Shown here piece after piece: positions 1 to 8,430 of a stretch of DNA of 53,860 nucleotides. The notes below the pieces were generated by a model. That model saw only the letters and a program-made list of their open reading frames with translations, was not told where the DNA came from and did not search any database. This DNA is from Acidobacteriota bacterium. GTDB lineage: Bacteria; Acidobacteriota; Vicinamibacteria; Vicinamibacterales; JACPPN01. The stretch covers positions 1 to 53,860 of the forward strand of contig JACPPN010000241.1 in assembly GCA_016190995.1 (NCBI GenBank), in the 5' to 3' direction. Each line of letters opens with the position of its first letter. Position 1 is the first letter of the stretch. The position numbers and the translations under genes are program-made.

Positions 1-140
1 CGAATGTGCGCCCTATGAACGACTACCGCGAGGGGCGCGGGACGACTTTCAGTCGTGCGCCGGAGTCTACCGCCTTTCAGGCGGTAGTCGTTCAAAAGAG
101 GTCTAAGTGGGCGCACGCCGGTCGACCCGCGTCGCCGATC

Positions 141-3100
141 TCAAATGCGGCCCACCTCAAGCGTGCGGCTGGGCATCCGTGATGAACCGCGCTTCAGGAG
201 ATTGCGACCCAGCGCGACTGCCAGCCACGCCGCCATGACGAGCGGCACCGCGCCCAGCACGAGCGCCATCCTTCGATCGATCACGCCGAGATAGTGAAGG
301 TAGAGCCACCAGAAATCGAGGCTGAACGAGAACTGTTGCGAAAAATCACGCTCTGCTTCGGCGGCGGTTCTCTCCAACGGCGGGGGAGCCTCGAGGCCGG
401 CGAGGTACCGAACGTTCCGCGGCACGGCGCGGCTGGCGGCGCACGCGTTCAGCCACAGGCCCGAGGCCGACCAGGTCGAGCTGCTCGCGGCGAAGGCGGC
501 CGGTCCGATCTGGCGCGCGTACTCCACCCGCACCTTCGAGAAATCCACGATGACGGCCGGAATCTGTACCGCGATGCTGATGACGGCGGCGGCCGTCACC
601 AGGCGTTTCCTGAACGGACGCGCGTCACGCGTCAACCAGCTGGCGAGCGGCAGGCAGACGTAAGGCAGCAGCGGCACGAGATAGCGCGGCCCGTACGAGC
701 GACCGCCGGCCCATTCCGAGAGACTCGCGTAGAGAAGCAGACACGCAACCGTCGTGGCCGCGAACAGCGCCGCCGTCGCCCGATCGCGCTTGAACATGTC
801 GATGAGCGCGACCACGCCGATGATGGCAATCGGCGTGTACACGAAGAGCGACGCATGCGGAGAGAGCAGGAGACCGGAAAGCCCAGCGAGCACCGATCCA
901 CCGAGACGTGAGCTGTCGTCGCGCAGGTAACCGGTATCGAACGGGTGGCCGAACCGCGCATGGTTGTAGGCGAGCGCGATCGCTCCTGCGATCACGACCC
1001 CGGCCGACACGTTGGCCACTCGCGTGATCCGATCGCGTACCGACGCCCGCGCCTGCCAGAAGACCCAGGCGGCGATCGGGACGGTTGCGACGAGCAGTTC
1101 GTGTCGTGTCAGGAGCGCCGCCCCGAGACACCAGCTCGCCCGGCGCAGCTTGCGCAGCGATCCCGCCTGGGCGCCGCGCCACGCGCTGTACACGCCCGCC
1201 AGCAGCCAGAACGTCGCGAGCGGTGCGCTGAAGCCGAATTTCGAGTACGGCCACAGCAACGTCGCGAACGCCGCGATGAGCGCGGTGAGGGCGGCAGCCC
1301 GGGCATCCAACGTCAGGTGTGCGGCGAACAGGAATATCAACCAGACGCATCCCGCTGCCGCCACCGCCGATCCAAGCGCGACGATCGCGCGGGGGAGCGT
1401 ATCGGGCTTTCCGATCCGGACGCCGAGCAGGCGCTCGACGCTCACGCCGGCCAGATAGAAGGGCACGTTGTACAGCGACTGACCGATGCCAAACGGCGAG
1501 TAGTACCGTCCATCCTTGCCTCGCGCCGCGTCCATGCCGGCAATGTTGCCGGCGAGCGCGATCGAGCCGTGCTCGACGAGGCTTTCGGTCAGCTCGTAGC
1601 TCACAACAGCATCGGTGGATGCGAGGCTTCCGCCAGCGGTCGCCAAGTAGGTCAGGAGCGCGATTCCTGATACGGCCAGCGCGGCGCGCTGCCACGACGG
1701 AAGCGCGCGATGCGGCTCCGGCGCGCGCGTCGCGAGGCGTCCTTGCTCGAGCAGCTCCTCGGGCGAGGGCGTGCCGACAATCTCGCCCGCCAGCTCGGTG
1801 GTTTCGACGGGCACCTGTGTTGCGCGCGGTGGCCGCAGCCGCGCGGCGATTTGGCGGATGCGATCGAGCTCCCCTGTCCTGAAAAAGCCGGTCAGGGTCA
1901 GGGTCGCCGGATAGAGGAAGAGGACAACCCCGCCGCGCGCCAGAACGCCGACGATGGGAGCGACCGAGGAGGGAACGGCGACCGACGCGACCGCGTAACT
2001 CGCGAGCCCCGCGACGATCAACCGCGCAATCCGTGCGCGCTCGTAGCGGATCCGATAGAACTTCTGCGAGAACCGGAACGCCGTCGCGGCGAGCACGCCG
2101 TACGCCAGCACGTTCGCCCACGCCGCGCCCAGGACGCCGTACCGCGGAATGAGGATCAGATTGGCGCCGACGCTGGTGACGGCGGCGAACAGGGTGGCCA
2201 CCGGGTAGTACTCGGTGTGCTTCGTGATGTTCAGGCCGATCGACGTCAGCAGGTACACGCCCTGCAGCAGCACGCCGAGCGCGATCCAGGGAATGACCTC
2301 CGCCGCTCGGAAAAACGCCGGCGTCGTCATCAGGCGCACGATGTCGGTGGCGACGGCCGAAAGCCCCGTCGCGAGGAGGATGAGAGCCGCAAGCCCGTAC
2401 GTCGTGACGGCACCGAAGGTCCGCGCGGCGTCCTTCTCCCGCATGGTCGCGAAGTAGAAGGGCGCCCATGCGTACTCGAACGCGCTCAGGAACAACTTGA
2501 GCGCCAGCCCGAAGCTCGCTCCGATCGAATAGAGACCCACTTCACGAAGCGAGACGAACAGGCTCAGGAGATATCGATCGGCCACTGCCGTGACTTGCTG
2601 CGCCACACCATGCGGCACCCGGGGCAGGCCGAAGCGCAGCGCCTCGCGAAGCATCCCAGGGGAGAACATCGGCCGCAGGAGCGGCACGAACCATCGCGCA
2701 AGCACGAACGTGAACATCACGCTGACAATGATGTCCGCCAGCACGATGCCGACGATCCCCAGCCGCGCGAACGCCACGAGAATCACGCGGGCGATCAGGG
2801 TGGCCGCCGATCGACTGAACGTCAGCGATACGAAGAGCCGGGGCTGATCCGTGATGCGCAGAACGTGGAACGGGATGAAGTAGAACCCGATGACGAAGGT
2901 GTTGACGAGCGTCAGGCGCAGAACGCCCGTGTAGCCGGGCACGCCGAAGAGTCGATCAGCGATGAGTGGAGCGGCGGCGAGCGCCATGGCGAGGCACACC
3001 CCGTTGAGCGCGAAGAGGAACACGCAGAGCGTGCTCGCAAGGCGCTGCTTGGCCCGGCGATCGGGACAGTCGTAGTACAGCCGCATGAACGACGCATCGA

Positions 3101-3287
3101 CGCCCCACCGGAAGATGATCTTCGCGACCACCTCGACCGTGAGGAGGAGGCTGATGACGCCGTAGTCGGTCGCGGAGAGAAAGCGGACGTACAACGGCAG
3201 GAGCAGGAAGCTCGCAATCGAGGTAATGACGTCACCCAGGCCGTAGATGGCGAGGTTGACGAAGAGCCCTTTGATCTTCTGAAACAC
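141..3287 (-). CDS. Fusion protein: N-terminal MOP/Wzx-type polysaccharide flippase (about aa 1-480) plus C-terminal polytopic GT-C (PMT/ArnT-like) glycosyltransferase-like domain (about aa 530-1048)
   Basis: Uninterrupted 1048-codon ORF with a GTG start at 3287, 1 nt after the TGA of the upstream methyltransferase. The N-terminus 'FVNLAIYGLGDVITSIASFLLLPLYVRFLSATDYGVISLL' plus many TM segments is typical of Wzx/RfbX flippases. After a Pro/Glu-rich linker (nt ~1697-1847), 'STDAVVSYELTESLVEHGS...GKDGRYYSPFGIGQSLYNVPFY' followed by many TM helices matches COG1807/PMT_2-type lipid-carrier-dependent glycosyltransferases. Assignment is by motif recognition only. Confidence 0.7.
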   Translation of the reverse strand: MFQKIKGLFVNLAIYGLGDVITSIASFLLLPLYVRFLSATDYGVISLLLTVEVVAKIIFRWGVDASFMRLYYDCPDRRAKQRLASTLCVFLFALNGVCLAMALAAAPLIADRLFGVPGYTGVLRLTLVNTFVIGFYFIPFHVLRITDQPRLFVSLTFSRSAATLIARVILVAFARLGIVGIVLADIIVSVMFTFVLARWFVPLLRPMFSPGMLREALRFGLPRVPHGVAQQVTAVADRYLLSLFVSLREVGLYSIGASFGLALKLFLSAFEYAWAPFYFATMREKDAARTFGAVTTYGLAALILLATGLSAVATDIVRLMTTPAFFRAAEVIPWIALGVLLQGVYLLTSIGLNITKHTEYYPVATLFAAVTSVGANLILIPRYGVLGAAWANVLAYGVLAATAFRFSQKFYRIRYERARIARLIVAGLASYAVASVAVPSSVAPIVGVLARGGVVLFLYPATLTLTGFFRTGELDRIRQIAARLRPPRATQVPVETTELAGEIVGTPSPEELLEQGRLATRAPEPHRALPSWQRAALAVSGIALLTYLATAGGSLASTDAVVSYELTESLVEHGSIALAGNIAGMDAARGKDGRYYSPFGIGQSLYNVPFYLAGVSVERLLGVRIGKPDTLPRAIVALGSAVAAAGCVWLIFLFAAHLTLDARAAALTALIAAFATLLWPYSKFGFSAPLATFWLLAGVYSAWRGAQAGSLRKLRRASWCLGAALLTRHELLVATVPIAAWVFWQARASVRDRITRVANVSAGVVIAGAIALAYNHARFGHPFDTGYLRDDSSRLGGSVLAGLSGLLLSPHASLFVYTPIAIIGVVALIDMFKRDRATAALFAATTVACLLLYASLSEWAGGRSYGPRYLVPLLPYVCLPLASWLTRDARPFRKRLVTAAAVISIAVQIPAVIVDFSKVRVEYARQIGPAAFAASSSTWSASGLWLNACAASRAVPRNVRYLAGLEAPPPLERTAAEAERDFSQQFSFSLDFWWLYLHYLGVIDRRMALVLGAVPLVMAAWLAVALGRNLLKRGSSRMPSRTLEVGRI

Positions 3288-3288
3288 G

Positions 3289-4008
3289 TCAGGGCTGCTC
3301 GGGTTTCCGGAAGCGGAGCAGATTCAGGAAGCACCAGCCGGGGACGGGTACGAGGCGCGTCAGCCAGCCGTGCAACGGCAGGAGCGTGGCGGGATGCCGG
3401 CGAATCCACTTCGTGAGAACCGGTACCGTCGGGAAGATCCCCCGCCGTTCGACGAGCTCGAACCCTGCGCTCTCGCAGAGCCGGATGAATTCCTCAGCGG
3501 GCCGATCGCCCGGGTGCTTCAGCTCGCTCGCCGTTCGAATGAGGCGTCCGCGCAGCAGGAAATGCATCCGCGACTGCAGGTGCGCCAGGTTCGGGATGGA
3601 GATGAGCAGCTCGCCGCCAGGCCGAAGCACGCGGGACAGCTCCCCGACCGCGATTCGTTGATCCGCGTACCCAAGATGTTCGAGCACGTCCAGACAGAGG
3701 ACACGGTCGAAACCGGCGTCGGGATAGGGCAGCGCGGCCAGAGACGCGTGCTTGACGCGGCCCGACGAGTAGTTGGGATCGATGCCTTCGATGGCGAGCT
3801 TCCGAGCGTACTCCTCGACGAGGATGCCTTCGCCGCAGCCGGCGTCGAGGACCCGTGTGTCCCGGGGCAGGGCGTCGAGGTACTGTCGGACAAGGCGAAG
3901 CTTCGCGAGGTAGGTCGGGTAAAACTCCCAGGAGGGCTCGAGCCGGCGGTGATAATCGCCGCGGGTGGCATACTCGCCGAGACGCAGGTTCGGCAAGGGC
4001 TCGGCCAT
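3289..4008 (-). CDS. Class I SAM-dependent methyltransferase
   Basis: 239 aa. Motif I 'VLDAGCGEGILVEEY' and the downstream 'FDRVLCLDVLEHL...VLRPGGELLISIPN' are typical of the Methyltransf_11/23 fold. Confidence 0.8.
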   Translation of the reverse strand: MAEPLPNLRLGEYATRGDYHRRLEPSWEFYPTYLAKLRLVRQYLDALPRDTRVLDAGCGEGILVEEYARKLAIEGIDPNYSSGRVKHASLAALPYPDAGFDRVLCLDVLEHLGYADQRIAVGELSRVLRPGGELLISIPNLAHLQSRMHFLLRGRLIRTASELKHPGDRPAEEFIRLCESAGFELVERRGIFPTVPVLTKWIRRHPATLLPLHGWLTRLVPVPGWCFLNLLRFRKPEQP

Positions 4009-4128
4009 GAGGGAATCGTGGATGTACGGAAGCGATCTCGTCAGACGAACAAGTCCTGACGCGTTTGTCCCACAGGACGAATTGTAGCGGAAGGACGGCC
4101 AGGTCGGGTCGGCCGCTCGGTTATCGCG

Positions 4129-5214
4129 TCAACGGGCGACGGCGCGCGCCCGAAGAGCGATCGCGCCCGCACCTCGCACGCGCACCGCAGGACTGTCCGC
4201 ACGCAGCATCTGGCGCAAGGTGGAGACCGGACCACGTGCCGCCGTCGTCAGAATGCGAGCAGCCTCCTTCTGGACCACCGGATTCGGATCCTGCACCGCT
4301 TCGCCCAGGACGGCCAGCGCATCGGGATCTTCGGGGAGCAGGAGCTCGGCGGCGTAGAGATAGGTCAGGCCGTCGCGATCGTGGAGCAGCGGCAGGAGCG
4401 CGGGCACCCATGACGGGTCGGCCGCTGCCGCGAGACCCTTCGCCGCCACGAGGCGAAGGTCGGGCGCCTCGCTTTGAAGCGCCTCCGACAGCACGGCATC
4501 GCCGCCCGCGTCTCCCAGGCGCTTCAGGGACGCTGCCGCGCTCACACGAACCAGAACCGAAGGATCGTCCAGGGCGGGACGCAGTGTGTCGACGGCCGTT
4601 GCATCGCCCAGCGTGCCAAGCGCCGCGGCGGCGGTGGCGCGCGGAAGAATCTCCGGATCCGCGAGCAATCTCGCGAGCGTTGGGAGACTTCCCCCATCGC
4701 CGACCTCCCCCAGCGCCTGGATTGCAGCGACGCGGATGTTGGGTGGGCCGGCCTCCGCCAACCCATTCAGACGCGACACGGCGGTTCGATCACCGCTGCG
4801 CGCCGCCGCCTGCAGAGCGGGGACATCGCCGGACGCCGCCGTCTGTCCGGTGAGCGACTGCCTGGCCTGCCGATCGCCGGCACGAGCCAGCGACTCGATG
4901 GCCTCGACGCGCACATCCGGGGCGTCCGAGCGCGAGAGCTCGAGAAGTTCCGCACGCGCGATCGTCGCGAGCAGCGGCAGGTCCTCGTTGCCTGTTTGCG
5001 CGATGAACTGCTCGTAGGCCGACAGCGCCTGCCGCGTGTTCTTCCCGGCGAGCGCCGACTCGATTCGCTGAGCGGCCGCGCGCCGACCCGGCGCCTGTCC
5101 TTCCGCCGCGATTCCCGGCGCAGGAAGTCCTGCCGTGAATGCGAGCGCGCACACCAGGGGTGACACGATCACGGTGAAGCTCTGATTTAAACCTCTCATC
5201 GTCATCGATCTCAA
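4129..5214 (-). CDS. Secreted HEAT-repeat (PBS-lyase HEAT-like) protein
   Basis: 361 aa. N-terminal signal-like 'FTVIVSPLVCALAFTAGLPAPGIAAEG'. Repeated units include 'PDVRVEAIESLARAGD', 'NIRVAAIQALGEVGD', 'PRATAAAALGTLGD', 'VLVRVSAAASLKRLGD', 'PDLRLVAAKGLAAAAD' and 'NPVVQKEAARIL'. Confidence 0.75.
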   Translation of the reverse strand: MRSMTMRGLNQSFTVIVSPLVCALAFTAGLPAPGIAAEGQAPGRRAAAQRIESALAGKNTRQALSAYEQFIAQTGNEDLPLLATIARAELLELSRSDAPDVRVEAIESLARAGDRQARQSLTGQTAASGDVPALQAAARSGDRTAVSRLNGLAEAGPPNIRVAAIQALGEVGDGGSLPTLARLLADPEILPRATAAAALGTLGDATAVDTLRPALDDPSVLVRVSAAASLKRLGDAGGDAVLSEALQSEAPDLRLVAAKGLAAAADPSWVPALLPLLHDRDGLTYLYAAELLLPEDPDALAVLGEAVQDPNPVVQKEAARILTTAARGPVSTLRQMLRADSPAVRVRGAGAIALRARAVAR

Positions 5215-5340
5215 GCCTTGACCGCGGAGGGCGCCGAGAGCGCACAGGAATGACCTTTCCTAATCGCCGCGTGGCTCCCCGTTCTCCGACCGGTGAAAGC
5301 TCTTGACGCGGGATCCAGGAGGATCAATGTAGGACAGTCG

Positions 5341-6660
5341 CTACTTGTACCTGAAGCCGTTTGCCAGCGTGCCGCTCTGGCTGTCCGGGTTCGTCACGAC
5401 GACATCCACCAGTCCCGCGGCATGCGGAGGGGAAATCGCCAGTATCGTGGTCTTGCTGATGACCTGGACGTTGGTCGCGGGTACGCCACCGAGCGTGACC
5501 GTCGCGCCCACGACGAAATCCGTGCCCATCAGACGGAGGGGCATTCCTCCGCCAACAGGGCCTTCCAGGGGAAGAACGCGCGTGACGGTGGGCGCGGGCA
5601 CCTGCGCCTGGTACGTATAGCCGTTCAGCAGGGCTCCCGACTGCAGGTCCGGGTTGGTCACCAGGACGTTGAACGTTCCTGCCGAGCGCGGTCCGGTGAG
5701 CGCCGTGATCGTGGTTGAATTCAACACCTGCACGTTGGTGGCCGCCGCGCCGCCAATCGACACGATGGCGCCGTTGGCGAAATAGAGGCCGGTAATCGTG
5801 ATGGGCGTGCCGCCCGCCGTGCTGCCCTGGTTCGGATTGACGCTCTGGACGATGGGCGCCGGGGCGGGCACACCCGCGACGTAGGTGTAGCCGTGGTAGA
5901 TCATCCCCGACTGTCCGTCAGGATTGGTGACGATGACGTTGACAATGTCGGGGGCGCGAGGCGCCGTGAACGCCGTAATCGTATTCGAGTCGACGACCAC
6001 GACGTTGGTGGCCGCCACCTTGCCGATCAACACCGTGGCTCCCGCAACGAAGTATGCCCCGTTGATCGTGACGAACGTGCCGCCCGCCGTGCTGCCCTGG
6101 TTCGGCGTGATTGTCTGCGGAGCTGGCGCCGACGCCTGGCCGGGCGGAACGTAGGTGTACCCGTGGATCAGGATGCCGGACTGGCCGTCGGGATTCGTCA
6201 CGAGGACGTTCACGAAATCCGCGGCCCGCGGCCCGGTCACCGCCGTGATGGTCGTGGAATCGACGACCACGACGTTCGAAGCCGAGACCTTCCCGATCTT
6301 CACGGTCGCGCCGTTGCCGAACCCGGTGCCGCGAATCGTCACCGGGGTCCCGCCGGCCGTGCTCCCCTGGTTCGGCGAAACGCTCTGAACCGTCGGCGCC
6401 GGTGCCGCGACGTACGTGAAGAGCGCCGTTGCGGTCTGCCCGTCGAGGTTGGTGACGACGAGATTGACGGCGCCTGGGGCATGCGGCGGCGTGACACCCG
6501 TGATAGTGGTGCTTTGAACGACGAGATTCGTTGGCGCGGACCCGCCGATCGTCACCGTGGTTCCCTCGCCGAAATTGAGGCCGGTGATCGTGAACGGCGT
6601 ACCGCCCAGGCTCGTGCCCTGGTTCGGGCTGAGATTCTGAATGATGGGAGGCGGCGCGAA
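5341..6660 (-). repeat. Five tandem coding repeats (about 252-270 bp each) encoding the IPT/TIG domains
   Basis: A 29-nt block 'gtgccgcccgccgtgctgccctggttcgg' occurs at 5807 and again, identically, at 6077. A near-copy 'gtcccgccggccgtgctcccctggttcgg' is at 6347 (270-bp period) and a more diverged copy is near 6599. Confidence 0.8.
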
Positions 6661-8244
6661 GTCGTCGTTGACAATGGTGCCAACCCCTTGGGAGTCCTGA
6701 ATGGGCGCGTTGGTCGCGTTGCTCAGGTTCACGACAAACGTCTCGTTCGGCTCGATGGCCGTGTCACCGTTGACGGTAATCGACACCGGCTGCGTCGTCG
6801 TGCCTGGATTGAACGTCAGCGTGCCCGATTTCGACACGTAGTCGCTGCCGGCGCTCGCCGTGCCGTTCGCGGTCGCGTAGTCGACCGTAATCGTCTGCGA
6901 GCTCGAGGCGGTCAGGCTGACGTTGAATGTCGCCGTGACCGTCCCGCCGTTCCCCTCGGTTACCGATACGTCGTTGATGCCCAGCGATGGCGGTCCGCTC
7001 GAGCTCGAGGTCTGCAGGAACTGGGCGACCGGCTGCGCGTAACTGCGGGACGTCACCAGCAGCCATTGCTTGACGTCCTCGCTGGGGGCCACGCGCGGGT
7101 TGAACGTGCCGGCTCCGCCCGCTGCGGTCACGAAGAAGTCGGGTGACGGGACTCCCGTTGCGCTGATTTCCGCACCCTTGTCTTCGGGACTGTTGCTCTG
7201 AAAGACGGCCAAGTACGTGCCGGAGATTGGATTGCGGTCGACGTCGAGCGCGCCGTACGACGAATAGCAGCAGGCAATCGCGATCTTGTTGCCCGCTGTC
7301 GTCCCGTTCGCGTTGACGAAGTTGCCGTAGATCGTTCCGTTCCCGACAAAATTGAACCAGACGACGAAGTATCGCTGGCTCGAAGGATCGTAGGTGGTCT
7401 GCGGAGCCGACACGAACGCGGCGGTGTCGAGGATGGTCGGTGAGCCCAGGACTGCACCCGTTCCCGACTGCACGCGCGTGCCGTAGATGCGATCGACGCC
7501 GCCGCCGTTAAAGTGATAGGTGATGAGGAACTCGTTGGCGCTGGCGTTGTATCCAATCGACGGTTGATCCTCGAAATCCGGATTCTGGGTAATCACGATC
7601 TCCGAGCCAAGCAACTGTCCCGCATTGCCGACGCGCCTCATCCTGATGTCGTTGGCCGCCGGCGCCTCAACCTGGTACGCGACACCGAATTCATCGGCGC
7701 TCGTCGAGTACGCGATCGCGGCCGCGTTGCCCGCGCGCGCGGTTTGTCCTGGAGACGAGATTCTGAAGTCGTTCGTGAGGAACGTCGGCACGCCACCCTG
7801 GAACGCGAGAATGCGCCCCCAGATTTCCGAGACTGCGGGGTTGACGCGACCATCCAACCACGTCACCAGGAAGGCGCCCGTGTCGGGGCTGTAGGCGACC
7901 CGCGCCGTCTGTGTGTACGCGTTCGTCTGATGAATCTTGAAGACCGCGCTGGCGAACGTGCGGTCCGGATTCACGAACCGCCCGAGCGTCGGGTGGTTTC
8001 CCCAGACCGCGAGATACACATGATTGACGGGATCGTAAGCCACGTCCGGATCGCGCACGAGCGGTCCCAATGGAACGATCCCGAACGTCGGACCGAGCAT
8101 CGATACCTGCGCATCCGCCATCGACGGCGCAACGAGCATGATCGTCGCGACGACACACCGGGCAGCGAGATGAAAGGGGCGGGTCAATGAGCGCACGGGA
8201 CCTCCCGTTGGCAGGTGAGTGCAGACGTGGAACCTATCGGACAT
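5341..8244 (-). CDS. Secreted multidomain surface protein: signal peptide, about seven ~45-aa repeats (beta-propeller-like), a Calx-beta domain and five tandem IPT/TIG domains
   Basis: The ORF runs 5341-8367. The likely start is the ATG at 8244 ('MSDRF...'), followed by the hydrophobic segment 'AARCVVATIMLVAPSMADA'. 'VSVTEGNGGTVTATFNVSLTASSSQTITVDYATANGTASAGSDYVSKSGTLTFNPG...ETFVVNLSN' is a textbook Calx-beta. Five C-terminal ~85-90 aa units of the type 'SV.PNQGSTAGGTP.TI.G..F..GA.V.IG...A.NV.VV.S.TI.A.T.PR....VNV.VTNPDGQSG....YTY' match IPT/TIG. Confidence 0.8.
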   Translation of the reverse strand: MSDRFHVCTHLPTGGPVRSLTRPFHLAARCVVATIMLVAPSMADAQVSMLGPTFGIVPLGPLVRDPDVAYDPVNHVYLAVWGNHPTLGRFVNPDRTFASAVFKIHQTNAYTQTARVAYSPDTGAFLVTWLDGRVNPAVSEIWGRILAFQGGVPTFLTNDFRISSPGQTARAGNAAAIAYSTSADEFGVAYQVEAPAANDIRMRRVGNAGQLLGSEIVITQNPDFEDQPSIGYNASANEFLITYHFNGGGVDRIYGTRVQSGTGAVLGSPTILDTAAFVSAPQTTYDPSSQRYFVVWFNFVGNGTIYGNFVNANGTTAGNKIAIACCYSSYGALDVDRNPISGTYLAVFQSNSPEDKGAEISATGVPSPDFFVTAAGGAGTFNPRVAPSEDVKQWLLVTSRSYAQPVAQFLQTSSSSGPPSLGINDVSVTEGNGGTVTATFNVSLTASSSQTITVDYATANGTASAGSDYVSKSGTLTFNPGTTTQPVSITVNGDTAIEPNETFVVNLSNATNAPIQDSQGVGTIVNDDFAPPPIIQNLSPNQGTSLGGTPFTITGLNFGEGTTVTIGGSAPTNLVVQSTTITGVTPPHAPGAVNLVVTNLDGQTATALFTYVAAPAPTVQSVSPNQGSTAGGTPVTIRGTGFGNGATVKIGKVSASNVVVVDSTTITAVTGPRAADFVNVLVTNPDGQSGILIHGYTYVPPGQASAPAPQTITPNQGSTAGGTFVTINGAYFVAGATVLIGKVAATNVVVVDSNTITAFTAPRAPDIVNVIVTNPDGQSGMIYHGYTYVAGVPAPAPIVQSVNPNQGSTAGGTPITITGLYFANGAIVSIGGAAATNVQVLNSTTITALTGPRSAGTFNVLVTNPDLQSGALLNGYTYQAQVPAPTVTRVLPLEGPVGGGMPLRLMGTDFVVGATVTLGGVPATNVQVISKTTILAISPPHAAGLVDVVVTNPDSQSGTLANGFRYK

Positions 8245-8430
8245 CCACCGCCATCCGAATAGGGATGTGACAAGAGTTCGAATGTATTGTTGGGCTTCGG
8301 GTCTGCTGCTGGGACGGCAAGGCCGAAGAACGCGACACACTGTAAGGGATTGGTGCGGATCGGTCAAGCGGGGTGAGCGCCGGAACGTAGGCGGGCGTCG
8401 CCCACGACCGACCGCCGGTCCGATTACGGA

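Noticed and set aside
625-2469. 614-aa minus-strand ORF, plus 1710-3416 (+) of 568 aa, overlapping the flippase/GT-C fusion gene
   Set aside because: Both are extremely Arg/Gly/Pro-rich with no recognisable motifs. They are alternative or antisense frames of a gene with clear membrane-protein signal, which makes them typical high-GC shadow ORFs.
5341-6660. Regular ~270-bp DNA periodicity, considered as a possible CRISPR or other non-coding array
   Set aside because: The repeats are long, diverged and in frame within one ORF. They encode five IPT/TIG domains, and there is no short repeat/spacer structure.
5893-7146. 417-aa plus-strand ORF antisense to the IPT/Calx-beta gene
   Set aside because: It has Arg/Asp-rich low-complexity composition. 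The opposite strand encodes well-formed IPT and Calx-beta domains.
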